A stretch of DNA of 63,478 nt from Anaeromyxobacter sp. (GTDB lineage Bacteria; Myxococcota; Myxococcia; Myxococcales; Anaeromyxobacteraceae), in the NCBI GenBank assembly GCA_035456445.1, contig DATIDF010000350.1, forward strand, positions 1-63,478, in the 5' to 3' direction. Shown here piece after piece: positions 19,115 through 29,304 of this stretch. Made by a program: the position numbers and the translations under genes. The notes under the pieces were generated by a model. The model was not told the DNA's origin. It was given only the letters and a program-made list of their open reading frames with translations, and did no database searches. Every line of letters starts with the position of its first letter. Positions within the stretch are counted from its first letter, which is position 1.

Positions 19115-20827
19115 ATGCGAGCCATCCTCCTCTCCCTCGCGCTCCTCCTCGCCACCGCCGCTCGGGCGGAGGAGCCCAAGCTGCCCGAGGGCAGCGACAC
19201 CTGCATGCAGTGCCACTCCCCCGGCGGCGACGGCCCGACCGTGGAGACCGCCCCCTTCGCCGCGTCCGTACACGCCCAGAACGGCGTCGGCTGTACGGAC
19301 TGCCACGCGGGCTACACCGAAGAGCACGCGATGGGCGGCACGCTCCCGCCGCTCTCGGACGCGGAGCAGAAGATCGTCTCCCGGCTCGAGAAGGGCGCCT
19401 GGGCGATGGGCGAGAAGAAGCTCGCGGTCACCTCGCCGCGCGCCTACCTCGCCTGCAAGAGCTGCCACTCCGAGCAGGCTGACGCGTTCGCCGCGTCCAT
19501 CCACTCGAAGTGGCTGCGCGAGGACACGAAGGTGTCCGGCGCCACGTGCGCCTCCTGCCACGGCTCGCCGCACGCGGTGAAGGCGCTCGCGTTCTACGAG
19601 CCGAAGGCCGACGCGCGCCAGCCGGTGCCCGAGGACCGCCGCGAGATGACGCGGCGCTGCGAGGCCTGCCACGGGAACGAGGAGTTCACGAAGGCGGCCG
19701 GCCTCAACCCCGAGGCGGCCGTCATGTACCACGACTCGATCCACGGCCGGCTCGTCCGGGTGGGCAACCCCTACGCGCCGGTGTGCGTGAGCTGCCACGC
19801 GGCGCCGCAGGCGAAGGGCGGCACGCACGCGATCGTCGCGAAGACCGATCCGAGCTCGATCGTGAACGTCGCGAACCGCAAGGACGCGTGCGCGCGCTGC
19901 CACGCGGGAGCGAGCGACAGCTTCGCCTCGCTCATCGCTCACAAGCCGCCGCAGGAGACGGGCGGGCACCCGGTCCCGCACATCATCCACGTCGCGTTCT
20001 CGTGGCTCACGACGCTGACGCTCCTCTTCTTCGCCTTCCACGTCCTCATCGACTTCATCTACGAGCTGCGCCAGCGCGTGAAGGCGAAGCACGGCCACGG
20101 CCCGAGCGCCGACGCGGTGCGGAGCGTCATCCGCTTCGACATCCACCAGCGCATCCAGCACTGGTTCATGCTCGCGGGCGTGATCCTGCTCGGCATCACC
20201 GGATGGCCGCTGCGCGGTGCCGGCACGTTCGGCAACGCCCCCATCATCGGGGGCAGGGACGCGGCGCCTTACTCCGAGGCGTTCATGAAGATCTTCGGCG
20301 GCGCGGAGGGCGCGGCGATGTGGCACCGCGCCGGCGCCGTCCTGATCATCATCTCGTCCGCCTACCACCTCTTCTACCTGACGTTCCTCGCGTCGCAGAA
20401 GCGGCTCCCGCTCTCGATGCTGCCCGGGCCGAAGGACGCGCTCGACATGCGCGACAACATCCTCTTCATGCTCGGCGTGAAGAAGGAGCGGCCGAAGTTC
20501 GACCGGTACATGTACCTGGAGAAGTTCGACTACTGGGCCGTGTTCTGGGGCATCGTGATGATGGTCGGCACCGGGTTCATCTTCTGGTTCCCGGCGTTCT
20601 TCGCGGCCTGGGCGCCGAGCTGGCTCATCACCGCCGCCCTCATCATCCACGGCGAGGAGGCGACGCTCGCGATCCTCTTCCTCTTCGTGGTCCACTTCTA
20701 CAACGTGCACCTGAAGCCCTCGATCTTCCCGATGAACTGGGCGTGGCTGAACGGCCGGATCAGCGTGGAGATGATGAAGCACGAGCATCCGCTGGAGTAC
20801 GACCGGATGAGCGAGGACGAGAAGTAG
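19115..20827 (+). CDS. Heptaheme cytochrome c fused to a cytochrome b membrane domain (CbcL-like quinol oxidoreductase)
   Basis: Signal peptide; 7 CxxCH; then RFDIHQRIQHW, WHRAG, EKFDYWAVFWG and IIHGEEA..VVHFYNVH in TM helices. Confidence 0.88.
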   Translation: MRAILLSLALLLATAARAEEPKLPEGSDTCMQCHSPGGDGPTVETAPFAASVHAQNGVGCTDCHAGYTEEHAMGGTLPPLSDAEQKIVSRLEKGAWAMGEKKLAVTSPRAYLACKSCHSEQADAFAASIHSKWLREDTKVSGATCASCHGSPHAVKALAFYEPKADARQPVPEDRREMTRRCEACHGNEEFTKAAGLNPEAAVMYHDSIHGRLVRVGNPYAPVCVSCHAAPQAKGGTHAIVAKTDPSSIVNVANRKDACARCHAGASDSFASLIAHKPPQETGGHPVPHIIHVAFSWLTTLTLLFFAFHVLIDFIYELRQRVKAKHGHGPSADAVRSVIRFDIHQRIQHWFMLAGVILLGITGWPLRGAGTFGNAPIIGGRDAAPYSEAFMKIFGGAEGAAMWHRAGAVLIIISSAYHLFYLTFLASQKRLPLSMLPGPKDALDMRDNILFMLGVKKERPKFDRYMYLEKFDYWAVFWGIVMMVGTGFIFWFPAFFAAWAPSWLITAALIIHGEEATLAILFLFVVHFYNVHLKPSIFPMNWAWLNGRISVEMMKHEHPLEYDRMSEDEK

Positions 20828-20854
20828 CTCGGGCGCCCGAGGGCGTCTTTCGAC

Positions 20855-20893
20855 GGGGGGCCGCGCGGGCGACCGTGCGGCCCCCCTCTTTTT
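20855..20893 (+). terminator. Rho-independent terminator
   Basis: GGGGGGCCGCGCGG-GCGA-CCGTGCGGCCCCCC followed by TCTTTTT. Confidence 0.8.
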
Positions 20894-20948
20894 CGCGTCC
20901 CGCTTCGGGCACGGTCCGCGCGAGAGAGCGATAGAATCGCGGGCTCAC

Positions 20949-21857
20949 ATGCGCCTCGGACGCACCGCGAAGACGCTGGTCCTCGCCCTCACCGCGCTGG
21001 CGGTCGCGGCCGCGATCGCCGGCGCGTGGCGCTTCAAGCGCTACGTGGACGAGGATCCGCGCCTGTGCGCGACGTGCCACCAGTCGAGTCCCGAGTTCGC
21101 GCTGTGGATGCGCGGCACGCACAAGAGCGTCGCCTGCCAGCGCTGCCACCACGCGAAGCCGGCGGAGGGCGTCGCGATGCTCGGCGCGTTCCTCCTCGGC
21201 AAGGCGCCCGCGTCGCACGGCGGCGTCGAGATCGGCTCGTGCGCGCAGTGCCACTTCTCGCACGACCCGCGCTGGCCGCAAGTGGGCGGCTCGCGCGGCC
21301 ACCGGATCCACTACGAGCAGCACAAGATCGCCTGCGTCCGCTGCCACGCGGCGAGCATGCACGGGTTCGAGCCGATCGCGGCCCGGTGCGCCGAGTGTCA
21401 CCCAGGCCACGCCGTGCGGGTCCACGGCATGGAGGGGATGCACTGCTTCGCCTGCCACGAGTTCCTCGGCGACGAGCCCGGGCTCCGGCCGACGCGGCGC
21501 GACTGCCTCCGCTGCCACACCGCGCAGGGCATCCACGCGCCGATGAGGGAGCACGGCGCGCCGATGGCGATGGCCTGCGCGAGCTGCCATCGCCCGCACG
21601 CGCCGGAGGGCGAGACGCTCGTCTCCTGCACGCGCTGCCACGATCGCGCCGCGACGGCGCGCGCCGGGCTGCACGGGGCGGCCGGTCACGCGCGCTGCGT
21701 CGACTGCCACCCGCCGCACACCTGGGCGGCGGAGCCGTCGAGCTGCCTGCGCTGCCACGCGCGCGCGCCCGCCCACGCGCACGGGAAGTCCTGCGCCGAG
21801 TGCCACTCCTTCGCGGGCGCGCCGAAGCCCCCCCGCCCGGCGGGAGGCGCGCCGTGA
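20949..21857 (+). CDS. Membrane-anchored dodecaheme cytochrome c
   Basis: N-terminal hydrophobic helix; 12 CxxCH in 302 aa; the first two motifs are spaced like the NapC/NirT N-terminus. Confidence 0.9.
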   Translation: MRLGRTAKTLVLALTALAVAAAIAGAWRFKRYVDEDPRLCATCHQSSPEFALWMRGTHKSVACQRCHHAKPAEGVAMLGAFLLGKAPASHGGVEIGSCAQCHFSHDPRWPQVGGSRGHRIHYEQHKIACVRCHAASMHGFEPIAARCAECHPGHAVRVHGMEGMHCFACHEFLGDEPGLRPTRRDCLRCHTAQGIHAPMREHGAPMAMACASCHRPHAPEGETLVSCTRCHDRAATARAGLHGAAGHARCVDCHPPHTWAAEPSSCLRCHARAPAHAHGKSCAECHSFAGAPKPPRPAGGAP

Positions 21858-23344
21858 CGCTGCGGCTCAAGCTCTTCGTCCTCATCGCGGCGGTCATCAT
21901 CTTCGCGATGTCCGGCGTCACCGCGGTCGCGCTCTGGCGCGAGGTGGTCCGCGGCCAGGAGCTGCTCGCGCGCGAGGGCGTCGCGATCGCCTCCACCGCC
22001 GCGACCGCCGCCGCCCACTGGGTGCGCGCCGGCGGCATCGATCCCGGAGGCGCCTCCGCGCTGCCCGCCGTGCTCGAGCGCGTGGTGGCGAGCGCGCCGC
22101 TCGACCGCGCGTGGATCGTCGACGACAAGGGGAAGGTCCTCGCCTGCGTCACGCGCACCGAGGAGCCCTGCCCCGAGGGCATCCCGCCCTCGGAGTTCCA
22201 GCTCACGGAGTCGCCGCTGCAGTCGCTCGGCCGGCTCCTGCGCCCGGAGGGGATCGTCGCCTCCGCGCCCATCCTCCGCGGCGGCGCGCTCGTCGGCGCG
22301 GTGCGGGTGGACTTCACGCACGACGAGGTCGTCGGGAACGCCCGGAACCTCGCGTGGGGCGCGAGCATCGTCGCCGCGTTCTGGATCTTCGTCGGCCAGC
22401 TCCTCGCCGCGATCTTCCTCCGCCGCGTGACGCGCCCGCTCGTCCAGCTCTCCGAGGCGGCCGAGACGCTCGTGGAGGAGCGCGGCGTCCGGCTGGAGGA
22501 GCCCGAGGAGCGCGAGCTCGCCGATCTCGTGCGCGCGTTCAACGACATGTCCCGGCGGCTCGACGAGCGGCGCGCGGAGAACCAGCGGCTCATCGCCGAG
22601 CTGGAGGAGCGCGTCGCGCAGAAGACGCGCGAGGTGCTGCGCGCGGACCGCCTCGCGACGCTGGGAGGGATCGCCGCCGGCTTCGCCCACGAGCTCGGGA
22701 ACTCGCTGAACGTCATCCGCGGCTACGCCGCGGTGGCGTCCCGCGAGCTCCCCGACGACGCGGAGGTGAAGGGTGACGTCGAGGCGATCCGCCGGGAGGT
22801 GACCCGCGCGGCCGCGCTCATGGAGCGCTTCCTCGTGTTCGCCCGCGCGCGCACCGTCCACCCGATCGCCCAGCCGGTCGAGCCCATCCTGCGCGAGGCC
22901 GTCGAGGTGGTCGGACCCGCCGCCGCGCAGGCGAAGGTGGAGCGGATCGTCGAGATCGCCCCCGACCTGCCCGAGGTGGTCGCCGACGGGGAGCTGCTCC
23001 GTCAGGCGTTCCTGAACCTGTGCGTGAACGCGGTGCAGGCGATGCAGGACCGCGGGGGAGGGACGCTCGTCGCGCGCGCGCGGCGCGAGGGCGGCGCGGT
23101 CGTCGTCGAGGTGGCGGACAGCGGGCCCGGCATGGAGCGTGACGTCGTCGCGCACGTCTTCGATCCGTTCTTCACGACGAAGGCGAACGGGACCGGCCTC
23201 GGGCTCGCCATCGTGCGGCAGGCGGCGGAGGCGCACGGCGGGGCGGTGGAGGTCGAGAGCGCGCCCGGGGCCGGGGCCACCTTCCGGATCCGCCTGCCCG
23301 CGGCCCCCGCGGAGCCCGCCGCGAGCGTGGGGACGGCACCGTGA
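21854..23344 (+). CDS. Sensor histidine kinase (HAMP, NtrB-like)
   Basis: GTGA overlap with the cytochrome stop; two TMs; [21 protein letters not shown] and [16 protein letters not shown] motifs. Confidence 0.92.
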   Translation: MTLRLKLFVLIAAVIIFAMSGVTAVALWREVVRGQELLAREGVAIASTAATAAAHWVRAGGIDPGGASALPAVLERVVASAPLDRAWIVDDKGKVLACVTRTEEPCPEGIPPSEFQLTESPLQSLGRLLRPEGIVASAPILRGGALVGAVRVDFTHDEVVGNARNLAWGASIVAAFWIFVGQLLAAIFLRRVTRPLVQLSEAAETLVEERGVRLEEPEERELADLVRAFNDMSRRLDERRAENQRLIAELEERVAQKTREVLRADRLATLGGIAAGFAHELGNSLNVIRGYAAVASRELPDDAEVKGDVEAIRREVTRAAALMERFLVFARARTVHPIAQPVEPILREAVEVVGPAAAQAKVERIVEIAPDLPEVVADGELLRQAFLNLCVNAVQAMQDRGGGTLVARARREGGAVVVEVADSGPGMERDVVAHVFDPFFTTKANGTGLGLAIVRQAAEAHGGAVEVESAPGAGATFRIRLPAAPAEPAASVGTAP

Positions 23345-23384
23345 CGTCGCTGCAGCGGATGACCACGTTGTCGAGGGAGCCCGT

Positions 23385-24758
23385 ATGACGAAGCCGAACC
23401 TGATGGTCATCGACGACCTCGATTCGGCGCGCCAGATGATGAAGCGCACGCTCGGGCGCTCGTACGCGGTGTTCGACTTCCCCTCGGTCGCGGAGGCGCT
23501 CCCCGCGGTCGAGCGCGCCGAGTTCGACGCGATCGTCACGGACCTGCGCATGCCCGGCATCGACGGCATCGAGGGGATGCGCCGCTTCAAGGCCAAGGTG
23601 CCGGAGATCCCGGTCATCCTCGTCACCGCCTTCGCCACCGTCGAGACGGCGGTCGAGGCGATGAAGGCCGGGGCATTCGACTACCTGAAGAAGCCGTTCG
23701 AGCCGGAGGAGCTCGAGATCGTCGTCGCGCGCGCGGTCGAGCACGCGCGCATCAAGCGCGAGAACGCGCGCCTCAGGAGCGCGCTCGCCGGCGAGTTCGG
23801 CGTGCACGGGATCATCGGCAAGTCCCAGCCGATGAAGGCGCTCGTCGAGATGCTCGAGCGGATCGCCCCCTCGGACGTGCCCATCCTCGTGGAGGGCGAG
23901 TCCGGCACCGGCAAGGACCTGCTCGCCCGCGCGGCGCACGCGATGAGCCGCCGCGCGGGGGGGCCCTACGTCGCGCTCAACATGAGCGCGATCCCCGAGA
24001 ACCTCGCGGAGGCGGAGCTCTTCGGGCACGAGAAGGGCGCCTTCACTGGCGCGGAGCAGGCGCGGGCGGGGTTCTTCGCGGAGGCGGACGGCGGGACGCT
24101 GTTCCTGGACGAGCTCGGGCTCCTCCCGCCGGCGCTCCAGCCCAAGCTCCTGCGCGTCCTGCAGGACGGCGAGTACATCCCGGTCGGCAGCCGCAAGCCG
24201 CGCAAGGCGGACGTGCGGGTGATCGCGGCGACGAACGAGGACCTCGGGCGCGCCGTGAAGGAAGGCAGGTTCCGCGAGGACCTGTGGTTCCGGCTGCGCG
24301 TCGTTCCGCTGCGGCTCCCGCCGCTCCGCGAGCGCCGCGAGGACATCCCGCTCCTCGTGGAGCACTTCGTCGGGAAGCACGCGCTCCGCCTCGGCCGCCC
24401 TCCCCTCGCGCCCGACGCGGACGCCATGCGCGCGCTCCTCGACCATCCCTGGCCGGGCAACATCCGCGAGCTCGAGCACGCGATCGAGCGCGGGCTCCTC
24501 CTCGCGCGCGGCGACGCGATCACGCTCGCCGACCTGCCGCCCGAGCTGGCCCAGCCTGCCCAGGAGGCGGCCGCCGGCGGCGCCGAGGGCCGGTACCGGC
24601 GCGCCCGCGACGCCTGGGAGAAGAAGTTCCTCGAGGACCTGCTCCGCGAGGCGGGCGGAAACGTCGCGAAAGCGGCCGACGCCGCTGGCCTGCACCGCTC
24701 CACGCTCTACGAGAAGCTCCAGCGCTATGGCCTCGTGGAGAAGGACGCGAAGGGGTGA
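23385..24758 (+). CDS. Sigma54-dependent response regulator (NtrC/AtoC family)
   Basis: Receiver (TDLRMP); [24 protein letters not shown] and [10 protein letters not shown] motifs; Fis-type HTH. Confidence 0.95.
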   Translation: MTKPNLMVIDDLDSARQMMKRTLGRSYAVFDFPSVAEALPAVERAEFDAIVTDLRMPGIDGIEGMRRFKAKVPEIPVILVTAFATVETAVEAMKAGAFDYLKKPFEPEELEIVVARAVEHARIKRENARLRSALAGEFGVHGIIGKSQPMKALVEMLERIAPSDVPILVEGESGTGKDLLARAAHAMSRRAGGPYVALNMSAIPENLAEAELFGHEKGAFTGAEQARAGFFAEADGGTLFLDELGLLPPALQPKLLRVLQDGEYIPVGSRKPRKADVRVIAATNEDLGRAVKEGRFREDLWFRLRVVPLRLPPLRERREDIPLLVEHFVGKHALRLGRPPLAPDADAMRALLDHPWPGNIRELEHAIERGLLLARGDAITLADLPPELAQPAQEAAAGGAEGRYRRARDAWEKKFLEDLLREAGGNVAKAADAAGLHRSTLYEKLQRYGLVEKDAKG

Positions 24759-25357
24759 GCACCGTGCGCCGGGGCGGGGCGACGCCCGCGGCGGAGCAGG
24801 AGGCGCGGCGGGTCCGGATCCGACGTGCCCGGCTCGGCGACGCGGCTGCGCTCGCGCGGGTGCAGCGCGCGAGCGTCCGCGGGCTCGCGCGAGGCGCATA
24901 CACCGAGCGTCAGATCGCGCTCTGGACCCGGCTCGGCCCGCTCTACTACGCGTGGGCCCTCGGCGCAGGCGGCGAGCTCGCGTTCGTCGCAGAGCGTGGA
25001 GGGCGCGTCGTCGGGTTCGCGGCGCTCCTCGCCCGCCGTCGCGCCGAGGTGACGGCGGTCTTCGTCCGGCCCGCCGACGCCGGGCGCGGGGTGGGCTCCG
25101 CGCTCCTCGCCCGGGTCGAGGCCGAGGCGCGCCGCCGCGGCATCCGCCGCCTCGTGGTGAAGGCCTCGCTGAACGGCGCGCCGTTCTACCGGGCCCGCGG
25201 CTACGCCCGCCCGCGGCCGATCCGCGTGCCGCTCCCGGACGGAGCTGCGCTCGACGCCCTCCGGCTCACGAAGGCGATCACAGCCGCCCGCACGGACGCC
25301 GGAACGGGCAGCGGCGGCAGCCGGCGCGCTCGGCGTGCTGCGGGAACCGATCGATGA
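24755..25357 (+). CDS. GNAT-family acetyltransferase
   Basis: GTGA overlap; VVGFAAL, AVFVRPADAGRGVGSALL and ASLNGAPFYRARGY motifs. Confidence 0.85.
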   Translation: MSTVRRGGATPAAEQEARRVRIRRARLGDAAALARVQRASVRGLARGAYTERQIALWTRLGPLYYAWALGAGGELAFVAERGGRVVGFAALLARRRAEVTAVFVRPADAGRGVGSALLARVEAEARRRGIRRLVVKASLNGAPFYRARGYARPRPIRVPLPDGAALDALRLTKAITAARTDAGTGSGGSRRARRAAGTDR

Positions 25358-26210
25358 GCGCGTGGTTCCGGGCCGGGTCGGCGAGCGCGGCCTTCATCTC
25401 GCCGATCGAGCAGCGCATCTCCGCCTGGCACCGCTCGAGCGCGGGCCCGTCGGCCGCGACCGAGACGGTCTCGCCGCCGGCGCCGGCACCGTTCGCCACG
25501 AGGTAGACGAGCCCGCCCAGGACCGCGTCGGGCGGCGCGCTCCACTTCCGCTGCGCGTAGAGCGCGTAGATCCCGACCTGGGTGTGATCGACGCCGCGCT
25601 CCTTGCCGGTCTTCCAGTCGAGGATCCGAACGCGCCCGTCGGCCTCCCGGTAGGCGAAGTCGATCGCCACCCAGATCTTCGTGCCCTCGAAGTCCCAGGA
25701 GTCGAGCTCGTCCACCGAGAGCCATCGCTCGCGTGGCGTGCGACGGATCTCCTCGTACGTGGGGCTCGCGTAGAACGCCCGCAGCGCGCCGTCCACGACT
25801 CCCTCGTACAGGCGCTTCCAGTCCTCGCCGGCCACCGCCTCGCCGTACTCGTGCTCGACGAGGCCGACGATGCGGGACGCCTCCCGCCAGTAGCTCTTCT
25901 CCCGCGAGGTCGCGAACTGCGCTCGCGCCCGCGCCCGGGTGCGCTCCAGCACCCGCTCGAGCGGGAGGAAGTCGCCGGTCGCGCGCGCACGCGAGAGCAT
26001 CTGCTTCAGCGCGTCGTGCACGACCGAGCCCGCCCACTGCCAGCGCGAGGAGAGCTTCTTCAGGACGTACAGCTCGCGCACGGGCGAGCCCGGCGCGGCC
26101 TCCCAGCCGCCCCAGCTGCCGTAGTACGCGTAGTAATACGCGCGCCGGCACTCCACGAACTTCTCGTGGCGGGACTTCGACCAGGAGAACTCGTTCTGGA
26201 GATCGGCCAT
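25278..26210 (-). CDS. PD-(D/E)xK nuclease, RecB/AddB/Cas4-like, with a probable Fe-S cluster
   Basis: SWSK...ECRRAYY, GSVVH, IDFAY...ILDWKTG, QVGIY and C-terminal CRRCPFRRPC. Confidence 0.85.
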   Translation of the reverse strand: MADLQNEFSWSKSRHEKFVECRRAYYYAYYGSWGGWEAAPGSPVRELYVLKKLSSRWQWAGSVVHDALKQMLSRARATGDFLPLERVLERTRARARAQFATSREKSYWREASRIVGLVEHEYGEAVAGEDWKRLYEGVVDGALRAFYASPTYEEIRRTPRERWLSVDELDSWDFEGTKIWVAIDFAYREADGRVRILDWKTGKERGVDHTQVGIYALYAQRKWSAPPDAVLGGLVYLVANGAGAGGETVSVAADGPALERCQAEMRCSIGEMKAALADPARNHALIDRFPQHAERAGCRRCPFRRPCGRL

Positions 26211-26321
26211 CGCAGGGGTCGCGCCGGGCAGGGGGCCCGGGGCTCGCGCGAGTGTAGCCCGGGGCTCCGACAGGCGGGCACTCCCCGGGCCTGCGAGCGG
26301 GCGCTCACCAGGCTGACGACG

Positions 26322-27698
26322 TCAGCCCAGCCGTGCTTCGGCGCCCGCCGCGCGGGGCACCGTCACGACGAAGGTGGTTCCCCGCCCCGGCACGGACTCG
26401 ACGTTCACCTGCGCGCCCTGCGCCTCGCTGAGCGTCCGCACGACGAAGAGCCCGAGGCCGACGCTCGTGCGGGCGCCGGGGTGCTCGCGGGGCGCGCGGT
26501 GGAACGGCTCGAAGATGCTGGCCTGGATCGCGGGATCGAGGCCCGGGCCCTCGTCGTGCACCTCGAGCCTCACCGCGCGCTCCTCGCCGACCGCGCCGAC
26601 TCGCACGGGCCGCTCGGGATCCCCGTACTTGAGCGCGTTCGAGATCAGGTTCGCGACCACCTGCTCCATGCGATCCGGGTCGAACTCCGCGAGCGTGTCG
26701 CCCTCGCGCACGATCTCGATCCGGTGGAAGCGTGGGTCGCGGAGGTCGTCCGCGACCCGGACGCAGAGATCGTACAGGTCGGCCTCGCGGAGGTGGACCG
26801 GGATCTCGGCGCCGGCCTTTGCCCGGCTCCAGTCGAGGAGATCGCGGATCAGCCGCTCCATCCGCCGACCCGCGGCCGCGATCCGGCGCGCCGCGCGCTT
26901 CGCGTCGTCGGGGAGGTCGGTGCGGGCGAGCGCCCAGGCCGCCGTGAGGATCCCGGAGAGCGGATTGCGCAGGTCGTGGCTCACCACCGCGACGAGGCGC
27001 TGCTGCACCTCCTGCGCGCGCGCCAGCTCCGCCTCGTGCTCGTCGCGGATGCGGATCTCCTGCCGGACGACGCGCGCCGCCCCGAGGACGAAGACGAGCA
27101 GGACTAGATCGAGGCTGAGGAAGACGCCGTTCGAGATGAGTCGCGTGCGCTTCGACAGGGCCATCGTGCGGACGACCTCTCGTGCCTCGCGCTCCTCGAG
27201 CTCCTCGAGCGCGGCGTGTGCCCGATCGAGCGGAGGCACCGCCTCGGTGGCGCGGAGCATCCGCGCCTCGTCGCGCCGGCCGGCGTCGGCGAGCGCCAGC
27301 GCGCGCCCCTGGCCATCCACGAGCCGCTTCACCGCCGGGCGGAGCCGCCCGAGATACCTGCCGTCCTCGTCCACGCCCTCGGCGGCGACCACACGTGTAA
27401 GCCGCTCGAGAGCGCCGGGGATCATGCCGCGGGCCTTCTCGTAGCGCGCGCGGTGGCGGGCGTCTCCGCCCGCGGCGTAGGCGTCGAGGGCGACGTCGGC
27501 GACGAGCATCGCCGACTCGAGCTCCTCGATCGCGAGCTGCGTGTCGGCGGCCAGCTCCGCGGCGACGCTCGCGTCGGTGCGCTTGCCGAGCGTCACGGCG
27601 CTCAGCAGGCCGGACGCGACGAGCGACACAAGGGCGACGGCGAACCCCGCCGCGACACGTTTCGGCAATCCGAGCCAGCGGCTCGCCTTCCCCGCCAT
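26322..27698 (-). CDS. Sensor histidine kinase with CHASE3-like periplasmic domain
   Basis: Two TMs around a helical domain; VVSHDLRNPL, NLISNALKY and GLGLFVV motifs. Confidence 0.88.
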   Translation of the reverse strand: MAGKASRWLGLPKRVAAGFAVALVSLVASGLLSAVTLGKRTDASVAAELAADTQLAIEELESAMLVADVALDAYAAGGDARHRARYEKARGMIPGALERLTRVVAAEGVDEDGRYLGRLRPAVKRLVDGQGRALALADAGRRDEARMLRATEAVPPLDRAHAALEELEEREAREVVRTMALSKRTRLISNGVFLSLDLVLLVFVLGAARVVRQEIRIRDEHEAELARAQEVQQRLVAVVSHDLRNPLSGILTAAWALARTDLPDDAKRAARRIAAAGRRMERLIRDLLDWSRAKAGAEIPVHLREADLYDLCVRVADDLRDPRFHRIEIVREGDTLAEFDPDRMEQVVANLISNALKYGDPERPVRVGAVGEERAVRLEVHDEGPGLDPAIQASIFEPFHRAPREHPGARTSVGLGLFVVRTLSEAQGAQVNVESVPGRGTTFVVTVPRAAGAEARLG

Positions 27699-27777
27699 GT
27701 CTGACCTCAGGTGAGCCCCGATCCGAGCACGCGGACGGGCCTGAGGTCATCGCGTCCCGATGTCGCACCCGGGCAGG

Positions 27778-29304
27778 CTAGCGCCCACCCACCGCCCGAG
27801 CTGGCGCCGTCCCACCCACCGGTGACGGTGCGGGCCGCTCCTCGATGGGGCCGAGCGGCAGCCCGGCGAGCTGCGGCCGCACCACGGCCGGGTTCGCGAC
27901 CATCACGACGGTGAGCTTCGCCGGATCGAGATATCGCCGCGCGACGCGGAGGACCGCCTCGGCGTCCACCTTCCGGACCGCGTCCGAATACCCATTCCAG
28001 TAGTCGTCGGGCAGCCCGTGCAGCGCGAGCTCGGCGACGCGGGCGGCGATCCCCCCGGCGGTGGCGAAGTCCGCGGGCAGCCCGAGCACGAGCGCGTCCT
28101 TGGCGTCCGCGAGCTCCTGCGCCGGCACGGGCTCGGCGCGGAGCCGCGCGAGCTCGCCCAGGATCTCCTTCAGCGCGGCGCCGGTCACGTCGGCCTTCAC
28201 GCTCCCGGCGACGAGGCTCACGCCGGCGAGCCTGCGCGCGTCGCCCATCGCGTACACGCCGTAGGTGTAGCCCTTCTCCTCGCGCAGGTTCCGGAAGAGG
28301 CGCGAGGAGGAGCCGCCGCCCAGCACCTGGAAGGCCACCGACGCGGCGACGAAGTCGGGAGAGGAGCGCTCGACCCCGGGCATGCCGGCGAGCAGATACG
28401 ACTGCGGAGCGTCGGGCTTCTCCACGAGGATCGTCCGGTGTGGCGCGGCGGGCGGCTTCGCGAGGAGCGGCCTCGGCGCGGCGCCCCGCTTCCAGCGCCC
28501 GAGCGTCGCCTCCAGCAGCGGCTTGAGCTCCGCCTCCGAGACGTCGCCGACCACGACGAGCTCGGCGTTCTCGGGCCGGTAGTGGCGGGCGTGGAACTCG
28601 GCGAGATCGCGCGGGCGCGTCGCCTTCACCGCCGCCTCGTCGCCGAGGAGGTAATGGCCGTACGGCATCCTCCCCCAGAACACCGGGATGAACGCCTTCG
28701 ACGCGATCGGCTGAGGCTGGTCGCGCTGCTGGAGCAGCGTGACGAGTCGCTGGTCCTGCACGCGCTCGAAGTCGGCCCGCGGGAACGACGGGTTCATCGT
28801 CACGTCCGCGAAGAGCTCGAGGTACTTCCCGAGGTGCTTCGCGAGGACGGCGCCCGCGACGGCTGCCGCGTCCGGGCTCGCCGAGGCGCGGAGCGAAGCG
28901 CCGAGGAAGTTCGTCTCGTCGGAGAGCTGGATGGCCGAGCGCGTCTTCGTGCCCTCGGTGATCATCGCGGCGGTGAAGCTCGCGAGGCCCGGCAGGTTCG
29001 CCGGATCGCGGGCCCCACCCGCGCCGACGAGCAGGTTCACGGCCACCACCGGGAGCCGCCGGTACTCGACGAGCCGCACCTTGAGGCCGTTCGCGAGCGC
29101 GAAGTGACGCTGGGCCGGGATCGTGAGCTCTGGCGCGGGCCCGAGCGCGGGGACCTGCGAGCGATCCGGTCCCGTGGACGCGGGCGCCGCCGCGACGGGC
29201 GGCGCGGCCGCGGAGGTGGCGGGCTCCGGCGCCCGGCCGCGCGGGCCCGCGCAGGCGAGCGCCGCGGCGAGGAGGAGGACGACGAGTGCGTTCCGGCGGA
29301 TCAT
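27778..29304 (-). CDS. M16B peptidase-like subunit (no HxxEH), lipoprotein
   Basis: Lipobox ALAC; LANGLKV, PGLASFTAAMITEGT and SSRLFRNLREEKGYTYG motifs; ATGA coupling to its partner. Confidence 0.88.
   Translation of the reverse strand: MIRRNALVVLLLAAALACAGPRGRAPEPATSAAAPPVAAAPASTGPDRSQVPALGPAPELTIPAQRHFALANGLKVRLVEYRRLPVVAVNLLVGAGGARDPANLPGLASFTAAMITEGTKTRSAIQLSDETNFLGASLRASASPDAAAVAGAVLAKHLGKYLELFADVTMNPSFPRADFERVQDQRLVTLLQQRDQPQPIASKAFIPVFWGRMPYGHYLLGDEAAVKATRPRDLAEFHARHYRPENAELVVVGDVSEAELKPLLEATLGRWKRGAAPRPLLAKPPAAPHRTILVEKPDAPQSYLLAGMPGVERSSPDFVAASVAFQVLGGGSSSRLFRNLREEKGYTYGVYAMGDARRLAGVSLVAGSVKADVTGAALKEILGELARLRAEPVPAQELADAKDALVLGLPADFATAGGIAARVAELALHGLPDDYWNGYSDAVRKVDAEAVLRVARRYLDPAKLTVVMVANPAVVRPQLAGLPLGPIEERPAPSPVGGTAPARAVGGR

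Noticed and set aside
25278-26210. Cas4 / CRISPR system
   Set aside because: No cas1/cas2 and no regularly spaced repeat-spacer array anywhere in the window
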